The notes below the pieces were generated by a model. It did no database searches. It saw only the letters and a program-made list of their open reading frames with translations, and was not told where the DNA came from. Both the position numbers and the translations under genes were made by a program. This document shows positions 28,169 through 36,313 of a stretch of DNA of 64,000 nucleotides, one piece after another. Every line of letters starts with the position of its first letter. Positions within the stretch are counted from its first letter, which is position 1. This DNA is from Patescibacteria group bacterium (GTDB lineage: Bacteria; Patescibacteriota; Patescibacteriia; UBA2591; UBA6264), in NCBI GenBank assembly GCA_016784145.1, contig JADHVF010000002.1:9102-73101 (forward strand). The letters run 5' to 3'.

Positions 28169-29455
28169 ATGGAATTTAAGGATTTACCAGATTGGGTAAA
28201 AGACAATTTATTAAGTGACCAAACATTGGCAGTTAATAAAAAGATTATAAAAGACTTTGAATTAACAAATGAACAAAAGTCAATTGTTTTTGATGCCTTG
28301 CGAAAAATTATATTAAAACAATCAAATATAGATGAATTAACAGTCGTTTTGCAGGGAATGGGAGTTGGCATAGATAAAGCAAACAAACTTATTATAGAAG
28401 TTATTAAGCAAAGATTACTGCCTTTAAAAGAATATTTATTAATTGATTTTCGTCCATCTATTACTAAATTAGGGGGAAAGATTCTTAAAGAACAATCAAG
28501 CCAGTTTGTGCCAGATAAAGAAATTTCTTTAGAAAAAACAGCTCAACAGATTATAGATGAACTTAAAATATCTTTTGAAAGAGATGTTATGGCAACTAGG
28601 TTTAGTAATATTGTTGTTTCATTTTTAAAAGAAGTGAGAAGCGAGATTGAAACAAAAATTGTTTTAAAAAGAGACCCAAAGATAGGAGGAATGGGGATTG
28701 AGGACGAGATGGTTGATAAAATAATACAGGCCTTGAAAAAGAAGCATCAATCTCCTAAAATAATCAAAAATACAAAGGTTAAAGATTTGACAGAAGAATT
28801 AAAATTAGCTCAAGAACCAATTGATATTCCTGGCTCAATTCCAAAACCTCAGCCAAAACCTGACTTAGGGGCAAGGCCTCTAAGTAAAGACATGAGTCAA
28901 GAAAAGCAAGTATTAACACCAAAACCTTATCCTGTTTCTCAACCAAAACCTGACTTAGGGGCAAGGCCTCTAAGTAAAGACATGAGTCAAGAAAAGCAAG
29001 TATTAACACCAAAACCTTATCCTGTTTCTCAGCCAAAACCTGACTTAGGGGCAAGGCCTCTAAGTAAACCGTTAGTACATCAAACACCAAGGCCGGTTAA
29101 GGATTTGTCTGGGCCAGTTGAAATTAGGTCAAGAACATTGAGTCCTATTGATGAATTAAGAACATTTTCTTTGGTTGATTGGCGACGATTAGGGAAAACA
29201 GCTGATGCTGTTACCAGAATCAAAGACAAAATAAATTTGTTAGAAGAAGAATCATTGCTAAAAAAGGCAGAAGGAATTAAGGCATGGAAAGAATCAACCA
29301 TTAACAAATTATATTTAAAAATAGGGGAGCAAGCGATTAATTCAGGGTCATCAATTAGGGATGTTATTTTAAGCAGGCAAAGCAATAAAGAACAAACCTT
29401 AACAGAAGAAGAGTTTAATGCTGTGGTTGAATTAAATCAATCTTTGAGATTTTAA
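28169..29455 (+). CDS. Hypothetical protein with a 3x tandem 30-aa repeat (PKPDLGARPLSKDMSQEKQVLTPKPYPVSQ)
   Basis: 428-aa ORF in the co-directional cluster. The internal 90-nt tandem repeat embeds the GC-hairpin element (see repeat 28851-29070). Confidence 0.5.
   Translation: MEFKDLPDWVKDNLLSDQTLAVNKKIIKDFELTNEQKSIVFDALRKIILKQSNIDELTVVLQGMGVGIDKANKLIIEVIKQRLLPLKEYLLIDFRPSITKLGGKILKEQSSQFVPDKEISLEKTAQQIIDELKISFERDVMATRFSNIVVSFLKEVRSEIETKIVLKRDPKIGGMGIEDEMVDKIIQALKKKHQSPKIIKNTKVKDLTEELKLAQEPIDIPGSIPKPQPKPDLGARPLSKDMSQEKQVLTPKPYPVSQPKPDLGARPLSKDMSQEKQVLTPKPYPVSQPKPDLGARPLSKPLVHQTPRPVKDLSGPVEIRSRTLSPIDELRTFSLVDWRRLGKTADAVTRIKDKINLLEEESLLKKAEGIKAWKESTINKLYLKIGEQAINSGSSIRDVILSRQSNKEQTLTEEEFNAVVELNQSLRF
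28851..29070. repeat. 2.4 copies of a 90-nt in-frame tandem repeat, each containing ACTTAGGGGCAAGGCCTCTAAGT (reverse complement of the intergenic hairpin element at 9165-9383)
   Basis: Exact 23-nt match read from the sequence at 28864, 28954 and 29044. The period is 90 nt, a multiple of 3. Confidence 0.85.
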
Positions 29456-29466
29456 TAAATATATAT

Positions 29467-29895
29467 ATGCAATTTTTAGTTCCACAATTTATTGATGTTG
29501 AACCAAAAATCATTGGGCCAATTTCGCCTCGTCAGTTCGTTGTTTTCATTGTTACTTTATTATTATGTGTGTTAGCATATAAGTTAGCTGATTTTGCTTT
29601 ATTCACAATTGAAGCAATTATTTTTGTGGCAGTAGGGGGGTCATTTATGTTTCTTAAGGTTAATGGCCAACCATTGCATTATTTTTTACTTAATATTGGG
29701 AATAGTTTCAAAAAGCCAAACTTAAGGGTGTGGAAAAAACAAACCAAGATGCCAGTTGAAATAAAAGTAAAAGAAAAGAAAAAAGACAAAGGACCAATTG
29801 TTGTCAGAAAGTCACTTCCTTCAACTCGGCTTTCACAAATTTCATTAATGGTTGATACAGGAGGCAAATACAATGAAGAGGATTTTGAAGAATAA
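29467..29895 (+). CDS. PrgI/VirB3-like small membrane protein (type IV secretion component)
   Basis: 142 aa. MQFLVPQFIDVEPKIIGPISPRQFVVF… is followed by two hydrophobic helices, typical of the PrgI family. It sits immediately upstream of the VirB4-family ATPase, as VirB3 does relative to VirB4. Confidence 0.5.
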   Translation: MQFLVPQFIDVEPKIIGPISPRQFVVFIVTLLLCVLAYKLADFALFTIEAIIFVAVGGSFMFLKVNGQPLHYFLLNIGNSFKKPNLRVWKKQTKMPVEIKVKEKKKDKGPIVVRKSLPSTRLSQISLMVDTGGKYNEEDFEE

Positions 29896-29908
29896 ATAAT
29901 AAAATAAT

Positions 29909-30574
29909 ATGGCAACTAAAAGCAATGTATCTTCTACTCAAAAATATTTAGACATTTCTGAAATTAGAAATGATTGTGTGATTTTGAAAAATGGATCATT
30001 ATGTTCTGTTATTTTGTCATCTTCAATTAATTTTGGGCTTAAGTCATCTGACGAGCAAAAAGCAGTGATTCAAAATTATATATCATTTTTAAACACAATA
30101 GATTTCCCAATGCAAATAATTATCCAATCAAGACCTTTTAATATCAAACCATATCTAGCTGAATTGGAAAGTCTTAGAAAAAAACACACAAATGAATTGT
30201 TAAAAATTCAAATGGCAGATTATGCTAGTTTTGTGAAAGAATTGGTTGTTTTAGGAGAGATAATGAGTAGAAAGTTTTATATTGTTCTTTTGTATAATCC
30301 AGCTGGTGATAAAAAAATTGGATTTTTTGCTAGGATTTCAGAGCTTTTTAGTGCAGCTAGAACAGTTAAAATGAATAGAATAAAAATTGAAAAATATAAA
30401 GAAAAGCTTTTCAGAAGAGTTGATATTGTTACCTCGGCTCTTTCTTCTATGGGAGTAAGTGGAGTGCCGCTTGATACACAAAGTTTAATAGAACTTTTTT
30501 ATAACTCATATAATCCAGCTGAATCTGAAATGCAAAAAATTACAGAAGTCAAAAAATTAAGATTAGAAGATTAA
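29909..30574 (+). CDS. Hypothetical protein; candidate detached N-terminal domain of the VirB4/TraC ATPase
   Basis: 221 aa. …YLDISEIRNDCVILKNGSLCSVI… resembles the start of VirB4 N-terminal domains. It ends 13 nt before the ATPase ORF. Confidence 0.45.
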   Translation: MATKSNVSSTQKYLDISEIRNDCVILKNGSLCSVILSSSINFGLKSSDEQKAVIQNYISFLNTIDFPMQIIIQSRPFNIKPYLAELESLRKKHTNELLKIQMADYASFVKELVVLGEIMSRKFYIVLLYNPAGDKKIGFFARISELFSAARTVKMNRIKIEKYKEKLFRRVDIVTSALSSMGVSGVPLDTQSLIELFYNSYNPAESEMQKITEVKKLRLED

Positions 30575-30587
30575 AATAAATTTTATT

Positions 30588-32504
30588 ATGGTTTTTGACC
30601 CATCAATTATTAAAACAAAAGAAGAATTAGCAGAGCAACCAAAACAGTTGTCTAAAAAAGAACAGAAGCAAGTTGATATTAAAAAAGAGATAGAATTAGA
30701 TGATGTCATAAAGACAGAGCAAGCATATCGCAAAGGACTTGTCTCTGTTCGTGATTTGATTGCTCCTTCTGCTTTGAGAGCAACTCCAGCCTATCTACAG
30801 TTGGGAAACAAATATCTCAGAACACTTTTTGTAGTTGCCTTCCCAAGATATATTACAGTTGGTTGGTTTTCTCCTTTAATTGGCTTTGATTCTTCTTTGG
30901 ATGTATCAATGTTTTTTTATCCGGTTGAAACAAAAGTGATTTTAAAACAATTACAAAAAAAAGTTGGTAATATAGAAGCAGAGCTTGGAGCAGAATACGA
31001 GAAAGGTATGCCAAGAGACCCTTTAAAGGAAACAGCTTTGAGAGATATTGAGAATTTAAGAAATCAATTAACTACTGGTACAGAGCATTTTTTTCAATTT
31101 TCTTTATATGTAACTATTTATGCTGACACGGAAAAAGAGTTGGATGAGACAACAGAAAAAGTAGAGAACATTTTTGCATCAAAACTAGTTTATACTAGAA
31201 GAGCTTTTTATCAAGCAGAACAAGGATTTGATTCTACCTTGCCTTTAGCAAATGACAAAATAATGGTTTCAATAAATATTAATACCTCTCCTTGCGCTTC
31301 TAGTTTCCCTTTTATTTCAGCTGATTTAACGTCAGACAATGGCATTCTCTACGGAATTAATAGACATAACAATAGTTTGATTCTTTTTGATAGATTTTCA
31401 ATGCCTAATGCTAATTTTATGGTTTTTGCTACCTCTGGCTCGGGTAAAAGTTATTTTGCTAAATTAGAAGTTTTGCGGTCATTAATGATGGGCACGGATG
31501 TTATTATTATTGACCCTGAAAAAGAGTACAAGCATTTATCTGACGCTGTAGGGGGAACGTTTATTAACATCTCGCTTGCTTCTGAAGCCAAGATTAATCC
31601 ATTTGATTTGCCCAGGTCAAGTTCAAAAGATGTAAAAACAAGCGATCTAATTAGAAGTGGAGTTATTTCAGTAAAAGGATTATTAAAGCTAATGATTGGA
31701 CAGCCAATAGGAAAGAAAGATAATGCTTTTACGCCAAAAGAGGACTCCTTGCTTGATAGTGCACTTTTAGAAACTTATGCTAAAAAAGACATTATACCAG
31801 GATGTGATTTAACAAAAGTTCAAATGCCAACCTTAAGCGATTTTCAGCAAATTTTAGAAGGAATGGAGGGAGTAGATGATTTAGTTGAAAGATTAAAAAA
31901 ATATACAGCCGGAACATTTTCAGGATTTTTAAATCGTCCTACTAATGTTGAAATGGATAACCAGTTTATAGCTTTTTCAGTTAGAGATCTTGAGGACGAA
32001 TTAAGACCAATGGCTATTTATAGTATTGTGAATTATATTTGGAATACTGTGCGAGCAAAATTAAAGAAAAGAATTTTATTGGTTGACGAGGCTTGGTGGT
32101 TAATGCAAAATGAAGAGTCTGCAAAATTTATATTTGCTCTTGTTAAACGTTGCCGAAAATATTATATGGGAGTAACAACAATTACACAGGATGTAAATGA
32201 CTTTCTTAACTCTCCTTATGGCAGGGCAATTGTCACTAACTCAGCCATGCAATTATTATTAAAACAGTCGCCAGCTTCGGTTGACAGGGTATCAAAGATA
32301 TTTATGCTGACAGAAGGAGAAAAATTTTTATTATTAGAATGTGGGCTGGGTGAAGGCATATTCTTTGCTGGACCCAAACACGCGGCCATAAAAGTAGTTG
32401 CTTCTTATTCAGAAGACCAATTAATAACATCAGACCCCAGTCAGTTATTAGAAATTGAAGAATCTAAAAAAGAGTTTGCTAAAGAATCTAAAAAAGAAGA
32501 ATAA
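30588..32504 (+). CDS. VirB4/TraC/TrbE-family type IV secretion ATPase
   Basis: Walker A is FATSGSGKSYFAKLE. Walker B is RILLVDEAWWLM. A downstream TTITQ motif is present. 638 aa; if the preceding ORF is included, the size matches VirB4. Confidence 0.8.
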   Translation: MVFDPSIIKTKEELAEQPKQLSKKEQKQVDIKKEIELDDVIKTEQAYRKGLVSVRDLIAPSALRATPAYLQLGNKYLRTLFVVAFPRYITVGWFSPLIGFDSSLDVSMFFYPVETKVILKQLQKKVGNIEAELGAEYEKGMPRDPLKETALRDIENLRNQLTTGTEHFFQFSLYVTIYADTEKELDETTEKVENIFASKLVYTRRAFYQAEQGFDSTLPLANDKIMVSININTSPCASSFPFISADLTSDNGILYGINRHNNSLILFDRFSMPNANFMVFATSGSGKSYFAKLEVLRSLMMGTDVIIIDPEKEYKHLSDAVGGTFINISLASEAKINPFDLPRSSSKDVKTSDLIRSGVISVKGLLKLMIGQPIGKKDNAFTPKEDSLLDSALLETYAKKDIIPGCDLTKVQMPTLSDFQQILEGMEGVDDLVERLKKYTAGTFSGFLNRPTNVEMDNQFIAFSVRDLEDELRPMAIYSIVNYIWNTVRAKLKKRILLVDEAWWLMQNEESAKFIFALVKRCRKYYMGVTTITQDVNDFLNSPYGRAIVTNSAMQLLLKQSPASVDRVSKIFMLTEGEKFLLLECGLGEGIFFAGPKHAAIKVVASYSEDQLITSDPSQLLEIEESKKEFAKESKKEE

Positions 32505-32512
32505 AATTATTT

Positions 32513-33052
32513 ATGAAAAAAAATATTATTGTAATTATTTTAATAATCATTTTAATTATAGTTGGAATTATTTTTATGTTTGCCAGCCAAAATGAACAAG
32601 ATATTCCTACTGATGACAAAATATTAAAGCAACAAGATATTGAGAAGCAAGAGCAAGAAAAAGCAAAGGCAGCTCAAATTAAAATTATTAAAACAGATTT
32701 AAAAAATCAAGCCAGAGCATTTGTTCAATACATGGGTACTTATTCAAAAGAAAATGCTTATCAAAACAGAGAAGAGTTATTAAATCAAATGACTGATAGT
32801 TTTATAAAAAAATCATTAGAACAAATTGAACAAAACATAAATCAACCAGATTTTGCTTCTTTGTTGACTAGTGTTTTGTCAGTTGAAGCAAGAAGACATA
32901 ATAATGAAGTGGCTGTTTATTCTGTTAATGTTAAACAAACAAGAGTTTTTGCTAGTGTGGTTGAGGATGAGATTGAGTATAAAACAGGTGAAATTCTTTG
33001 GCTAAAACAAGCTGACAAATGGAAAGTTAATAGTATTGATTTTGATTTATAG
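32513..33052 (+). CDS. Bitopic membrane protein (N-terminal TM plus ~150-aa extracytoplasmic domain); possible VirB8-like component
   Basis: The hydrophobic N-terminus is IIVIILIIILIIVGIIFMF. It is followed by a soluble domain with mixed alpha/beta character. Its position is within the T4SS-like operon. Confidence 0.35.
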   Translation: MKKNIIVIILIIILIIVGIIFMFASQNEQDIPTDDKILKQQDIEKQEQEKAKAAQIKIIKTDLKNQARAFVQYMGTYSKENAYQNREELLNQMTDSFIKKSLEQIEQNINQPDFASLLTSVLSVEARRHNNEVAVYSVNVKQTRVFASVVEDEIEYKTGEILWLKQADKWKVNSIDFDL

Positions 33053-33068
33053 CTTTTAATCATTTTTT

Positions 33069-33509
33069 ATGGGAGAGCAAACAATACAGCAAAGAGAATT
33101 GGAGAGAAAAAGAGAACTTTTATTACAACAGCAAAGACAGCGAATAATTCAATCAAAAAAAAAGAAAGATTCTCAGAATACTAAACAAACAGAAGAAAAA
33201 ATCAAAAAATTAAGAAGAGTTTATAGGATGTCAAATGCAAGTTCAGCAGCGAGTGTATTTGGAATTATTATCACCTTTTTAATAATGAATGCTCAGTTAA
33301 TTTTTGGAAATATACTTGGATTCAAGAAAATTCCTAAATTAACTTTACCAGAAATAGCAATTCTTATTTTAATAGATTTTTTAGTACTTATAATTACTTT
33401 GTTTATTGTTTTGCTTTTAGTCCTTGCAGCCATGCCATTAATTGGACCAGTGGCAGCAGTAAATATATTTGGAACAGAAATTGTAAGTTTTATTCAATCA
33501 ATGTTTTGA
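33069..33509 (+). CDS. Small membrane protein (charged N-terminus, 2-3 TM helices)
   Basis: 146 aa. The N-terminus is Q/R/K-rich and the C-terminal half is hydrophobic. It is operonic with the T4SS-like genes. Confidence 0.4.
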   Translation: MGEQTIQQRELERKRELLLQQQRQRIIQSKKKKDSQNTKQTEEKIKKLRRVYRMSNASSAASVFGIIITFLIMNAQLIFGNILGFKKIPKLTLPEIAILILIDFLVLIITLFIVLLLVLAAMPLIGPVAAVNIFGTEIVSFIQSMF

Positions 33510-33516
33510 TTTATAA

Positions 33517-34920
33517 ATGAAAATAAAAAATTTAAATAAATTATTTAGTGTTTTAATAGTAGTGTTTTTGCTGACTTGTTTTTTAAGTATGCCGGTTTTT
33601 GCTCAAGAAAATGGAAACGAATACGAATCTCCAGCTTTTTATCCACAAGTTCAAATCCCTAATCCTAATTCAGATTTTATTCCAGGACAGGCAACTATAA
33701 TCAGTGGTAGCACTTTTGCAACATATATTATTGCAATTTACAATTGGGGATTAAGAGCTGTTTTAACCTTGGCTATTATTGTGATTATTGTTTCAGGATT
33801 TCAATGGATGGTTTCTACTGGCAATGCTAGTAAAATCGGTCAGGCAAAAGAAAGAATTATTTCTGCTTTGATTGGAGTAATGATTGCCCTTGGGTCATTT
33901 TTTCTGCTTAATTTTATTAATCCTTCTTTAACAAGATTTAGAGATCTAAATGTTGCACCAGTAGTGGATTTAGCAGAGATTAGTAATAAAAAATGTGGAG
34001 AAAATGGTATTTGTATTTATGGAGAGATTAGAGAAAATGAGGATAAAAGCATAGGGCAGTGCGAGTGCAAAACAGAAATGAGGGTGCAGTATAAATACAA
34101 AGATGAAGATGGGGATGAAGATGAAGAGGAGGAAAATTTTCAAGCTAAAAAATATTATGATTGTGGAAAAATGTATTATGAACCCAGAACACATATTGGG
34201 GCTGATTGCGGAGAGAATAACCCAAAACAAACTTGTATGTTAAAGGTAGGGTTTGAAACAGGTGGCAATAATAATTATTATCCGTATGGAAACAATGAAT
34301 GGGCTATTAATTTTTTCACTTCTCCTGAAGATTTTGCTATGTGGCCAGATGATACCAGGGATTGTATAGATGCAAGTCAACCACCCCCACCTGATTGCCC
34401 TGATGAAACAGCAATATATGAGATAGATGATTTCCGTTGTTTTAATATTACATCAAGCCCAGATCCGTATTGCGAAGATCATGTAATTTCTTTAACAAGT
34501 CAAATACAAGATCTTGTGTTGAAAGAATCAGAAATTACTAAAATAGAAATATATTTAGCTGTTGATGACGCATATGAGCAAGGTTGCCCCATGAATAATA
34601 TGGACGAAAAAGACTGGAAAACACTAAAGAATAGCAATCATTGGACTGATTATTTAGGAAATAATCATAATGATGTTGGCACAGAATTTAGTTGCATAAA
34701 TCCAGGAGACGACAGTGGTAATGATGCCGTAATAAGAGTAAGAGCTTGTTTTGGAATTGATGATGATTATTGCAAGAATACATCTAATCAGGATTATAAC
34801 CCAAATCCTAATGATATTTTTAAAGATTTTAAAATTATAATAGCAGATGACAGTAGTGGGGGAGCAACTTCTTACTATGGTCAAATAAAAGTTTATACAA
34901 ATCGTGTTTGTTCACAATAA
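33517..34920 (+). CDS. VirB2/TrbC-like pilin domain fused to a ~330-aa Cys-rich C-terminal extension
   Basis: It begins with a signal peptide (LIVVFLLTCFLSMPVFA). Two hydrophobic helices separated by a short loop follow (…IIAIYNWGLRAVLTLAIIVIIVSGFQWMVSTGNASKIGQAKERIISALIGVMIALGSFFLLNFINP), the classic T4SS pilin topology. The C-terminal half is rich in Cys, Asp and Asn. Confidence 0.5.
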   Translation: MKIKNLNKLFSVLIVVFLLTCFLSMPVFAQENGNEYESPAFYPQVQIPNPNSDFIPGQATIISGSTFATYIIAIYNWGLRAVLTLAIIVIIVSGFQWMVSTGNASKIGQAKERIISALIGVMIALGSFFLLNFINPSLTRFRDLNVAPVVDLAEISNKKCGENGICIYGEIRENEDKSIGQCECKTEMRVQYKYKDEDGDEDEEEENFQAKKYYDCGKMYYEPRTHIGADCGENNPKQTCMLKVGFETGGNNNYYPYGNNEWAINFFTSPEDFAMWPDDTRDCIDASQPPPPDCPDETAIYEIDDFRCFNITSSPDPYCEDHVISLTSQIQDLVLKESEITKIEIYLAVDDAYEQGCPMNNMDEKDWKTLKNSNHWTDYLGNNHNDVGTEFSCINPGDDSGNDAVIRVRACFGIDDDYCKNTSNQDYNPNPNDIFKDFKIIIADDSSGGATSYYGQIKVYTNRVCSQ

Positions 34921-34926
34921 ATAAAT

Positions 34927-36219
34927 ATGTCAGAAAAAACCAAGAAAATATTATTAGTAATTTTATTCATTTTAGTCGTAATTGGTATGGCTTGGCTTTT
35001 ATATTCTGTGTTTTTTAAAAAACCAGTTGTATTGGTTGCCCCAGATATTGTTGAAGAACTACCTGAACAAGTAAGGTTGCCTGTTACTCAAGATGATTGG
35101 GAAGCAATGACAGTAGAACAAAGAGTTACTAATGGTTTGCCAAAATTTGAGTGGCTAGATAAAGAGATTTCTAAAATTCCAGCTATTCCTGTTACTAGGA
35201 AGGTTGCTCCTAAAATTGATGAAATAGCTAAAGGGGGGAAAACATGGGTTTCCCCGGTTTCAATTGATAAAGTAAAATGGCCCACTTTAGCAAAGGATGG
35301 GTTAAATAGTATTTATTATAATCCTGAGACAGGTCAATTTTTTGAAGTTGATATTTATGGGAACAAAACATTAATGACAGACCAGGTCTTTTATAATGTT
35401 GATAATGTTAATTGGGCCCCCACTAAAGAAAGGGCTATTATTGAATATCCAGACGGTTTTAAGGTAATGTATGATTTTAAAAAGAAAAAACAATATACTT
35501 TGCCAAAAAATTGGGAAGATTTTTCATGGGATATTGGGGCTGACAAAATTGCTTTCAAATCAATTAGTAAATATGCAGAAAATACTTGGTTAGCTATTGC
35601 CAGGCCAGATGGAAGCAAGGCAAAGCCAATTGAACACATGGGAGAAAACGCAGATAAAGTTACTGTTTCTTGGTCTCCTAATAATCAAGTAGTGGCTTTT
35701 TCATCTACTGGTGACCCAAGAGGAATGTGGGAACAAGAAATGTTATTAATTGGTCAGCATGGCGAAAATTTTAAATCATTAGTTATTGACGGCAGGAGAT
35801 TTGAACCAAAATGGGCGCCAAATGGAAGCAAAATTGTTTATAGTGTTTACAGTTCAGAGTTTGATTACAAGCCAAGGTTATATGTTGTTGATGCCCAAGG
35901 AGATGATATAGGTAGAAATAAAATAAGCACAGGACTAGAAACATGGGCTCATAAATGCACTTTTAATTCTAATGGGGCTGAACTTTATTGTGCTGTGCCA
36001 AAAACATTGCCAGATGGAGCTGGTATGATTGAAGAATTAGGAGAAGGATCTAGAGATAATTTTTACAAAATAAATGTTTCTACCGGGGAGGTTTCTTTTT
36101 TAGCAGAAGGGGCTATGGGGGGCTATGATGTCAAGGATATTTATGTGTCTAATGATGATAAATATCTTTATTTTGTTGACGAAAATAGTAGTAGGTTAAG
36201 ATATATTAAGTTAAAATAA
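34927..36219 (+). CDS. Membrane-anchored TolB-like (PD40) beta-propeller protein
   Basis: An N-terminal TM helix is followed by repeated W-SPDG-like blades (VSWSPNNQVVAFSS; PKWAPNGSKIVYSV; IEYPDGFKVMYD). Confidence 0.6.
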   Translation: MSEKTKKILLVILFILVVIGMAWLLYSVFFKKPVVLVAPDIVEELPEQVRLPVTQDDWEAMTVEQRVTNGLPKFEWLDKEISKIPAIPVTRKVAPKIDEIAKGGKTWVSPVSIDKVKWPTLAKDGLNSIYYNPETGQFFEVDIYGNKTLMTDQVFYNVDNVNWAPTKERAIIEYPDGFKVMYDFKKKKQYTLPKNWEDFSWDIGADKIAFKSISKYAENTWLAIARPDGSKAKPIEHMGENADKVTVSWSPNNQVVAFSSTGDPRGMWEQEMLLIGQHGENFKSLVIDGRRFEPKWAPNGSKIVYSVYSSEFDYKPRLYVVDAQGDDIGRNKISTGLETWAHKCTFNSNGAELYCAVPKTLPDGAGMIEELGEGSRDNFYKINVSTGEVSFLAEGAMGGYDVKDIYVSNDDKYLYFVDENSSRLRYIKLK

Positions 36220-36243
36220 AATTAGTAGTATTATTAATTATAT

Positions 36244-36276
36244 AAAAAAGCCCTGTTAAGAAAACAGAGGTTTTTT
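36244..36276. terminator. Bidirectional rho-independent terminator between convergent genes
   Basis: AAAAAA-GCCCTGTT-aagaa-AACAGAGG-TTTTTT. The stem is 7 bp with a 1-nt bulge. An A-tract lies 5' and a T-tract 3'. Confidence 0.6.
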
Positions 36277-36313
36277 ATAAAATAATTATTAATCATTAAT
36301 TCGGGAGATGCAT

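Noticed and set aside
28779-29385. Minus-strand ORFs 28779-29090 and 29080-29385 with internally repeated peptides
   Set aside because: They are antisense to the 428-aa + strand ORF that fits the operon. The repetition is just the 90-nt tandem repeat read on the other strand.
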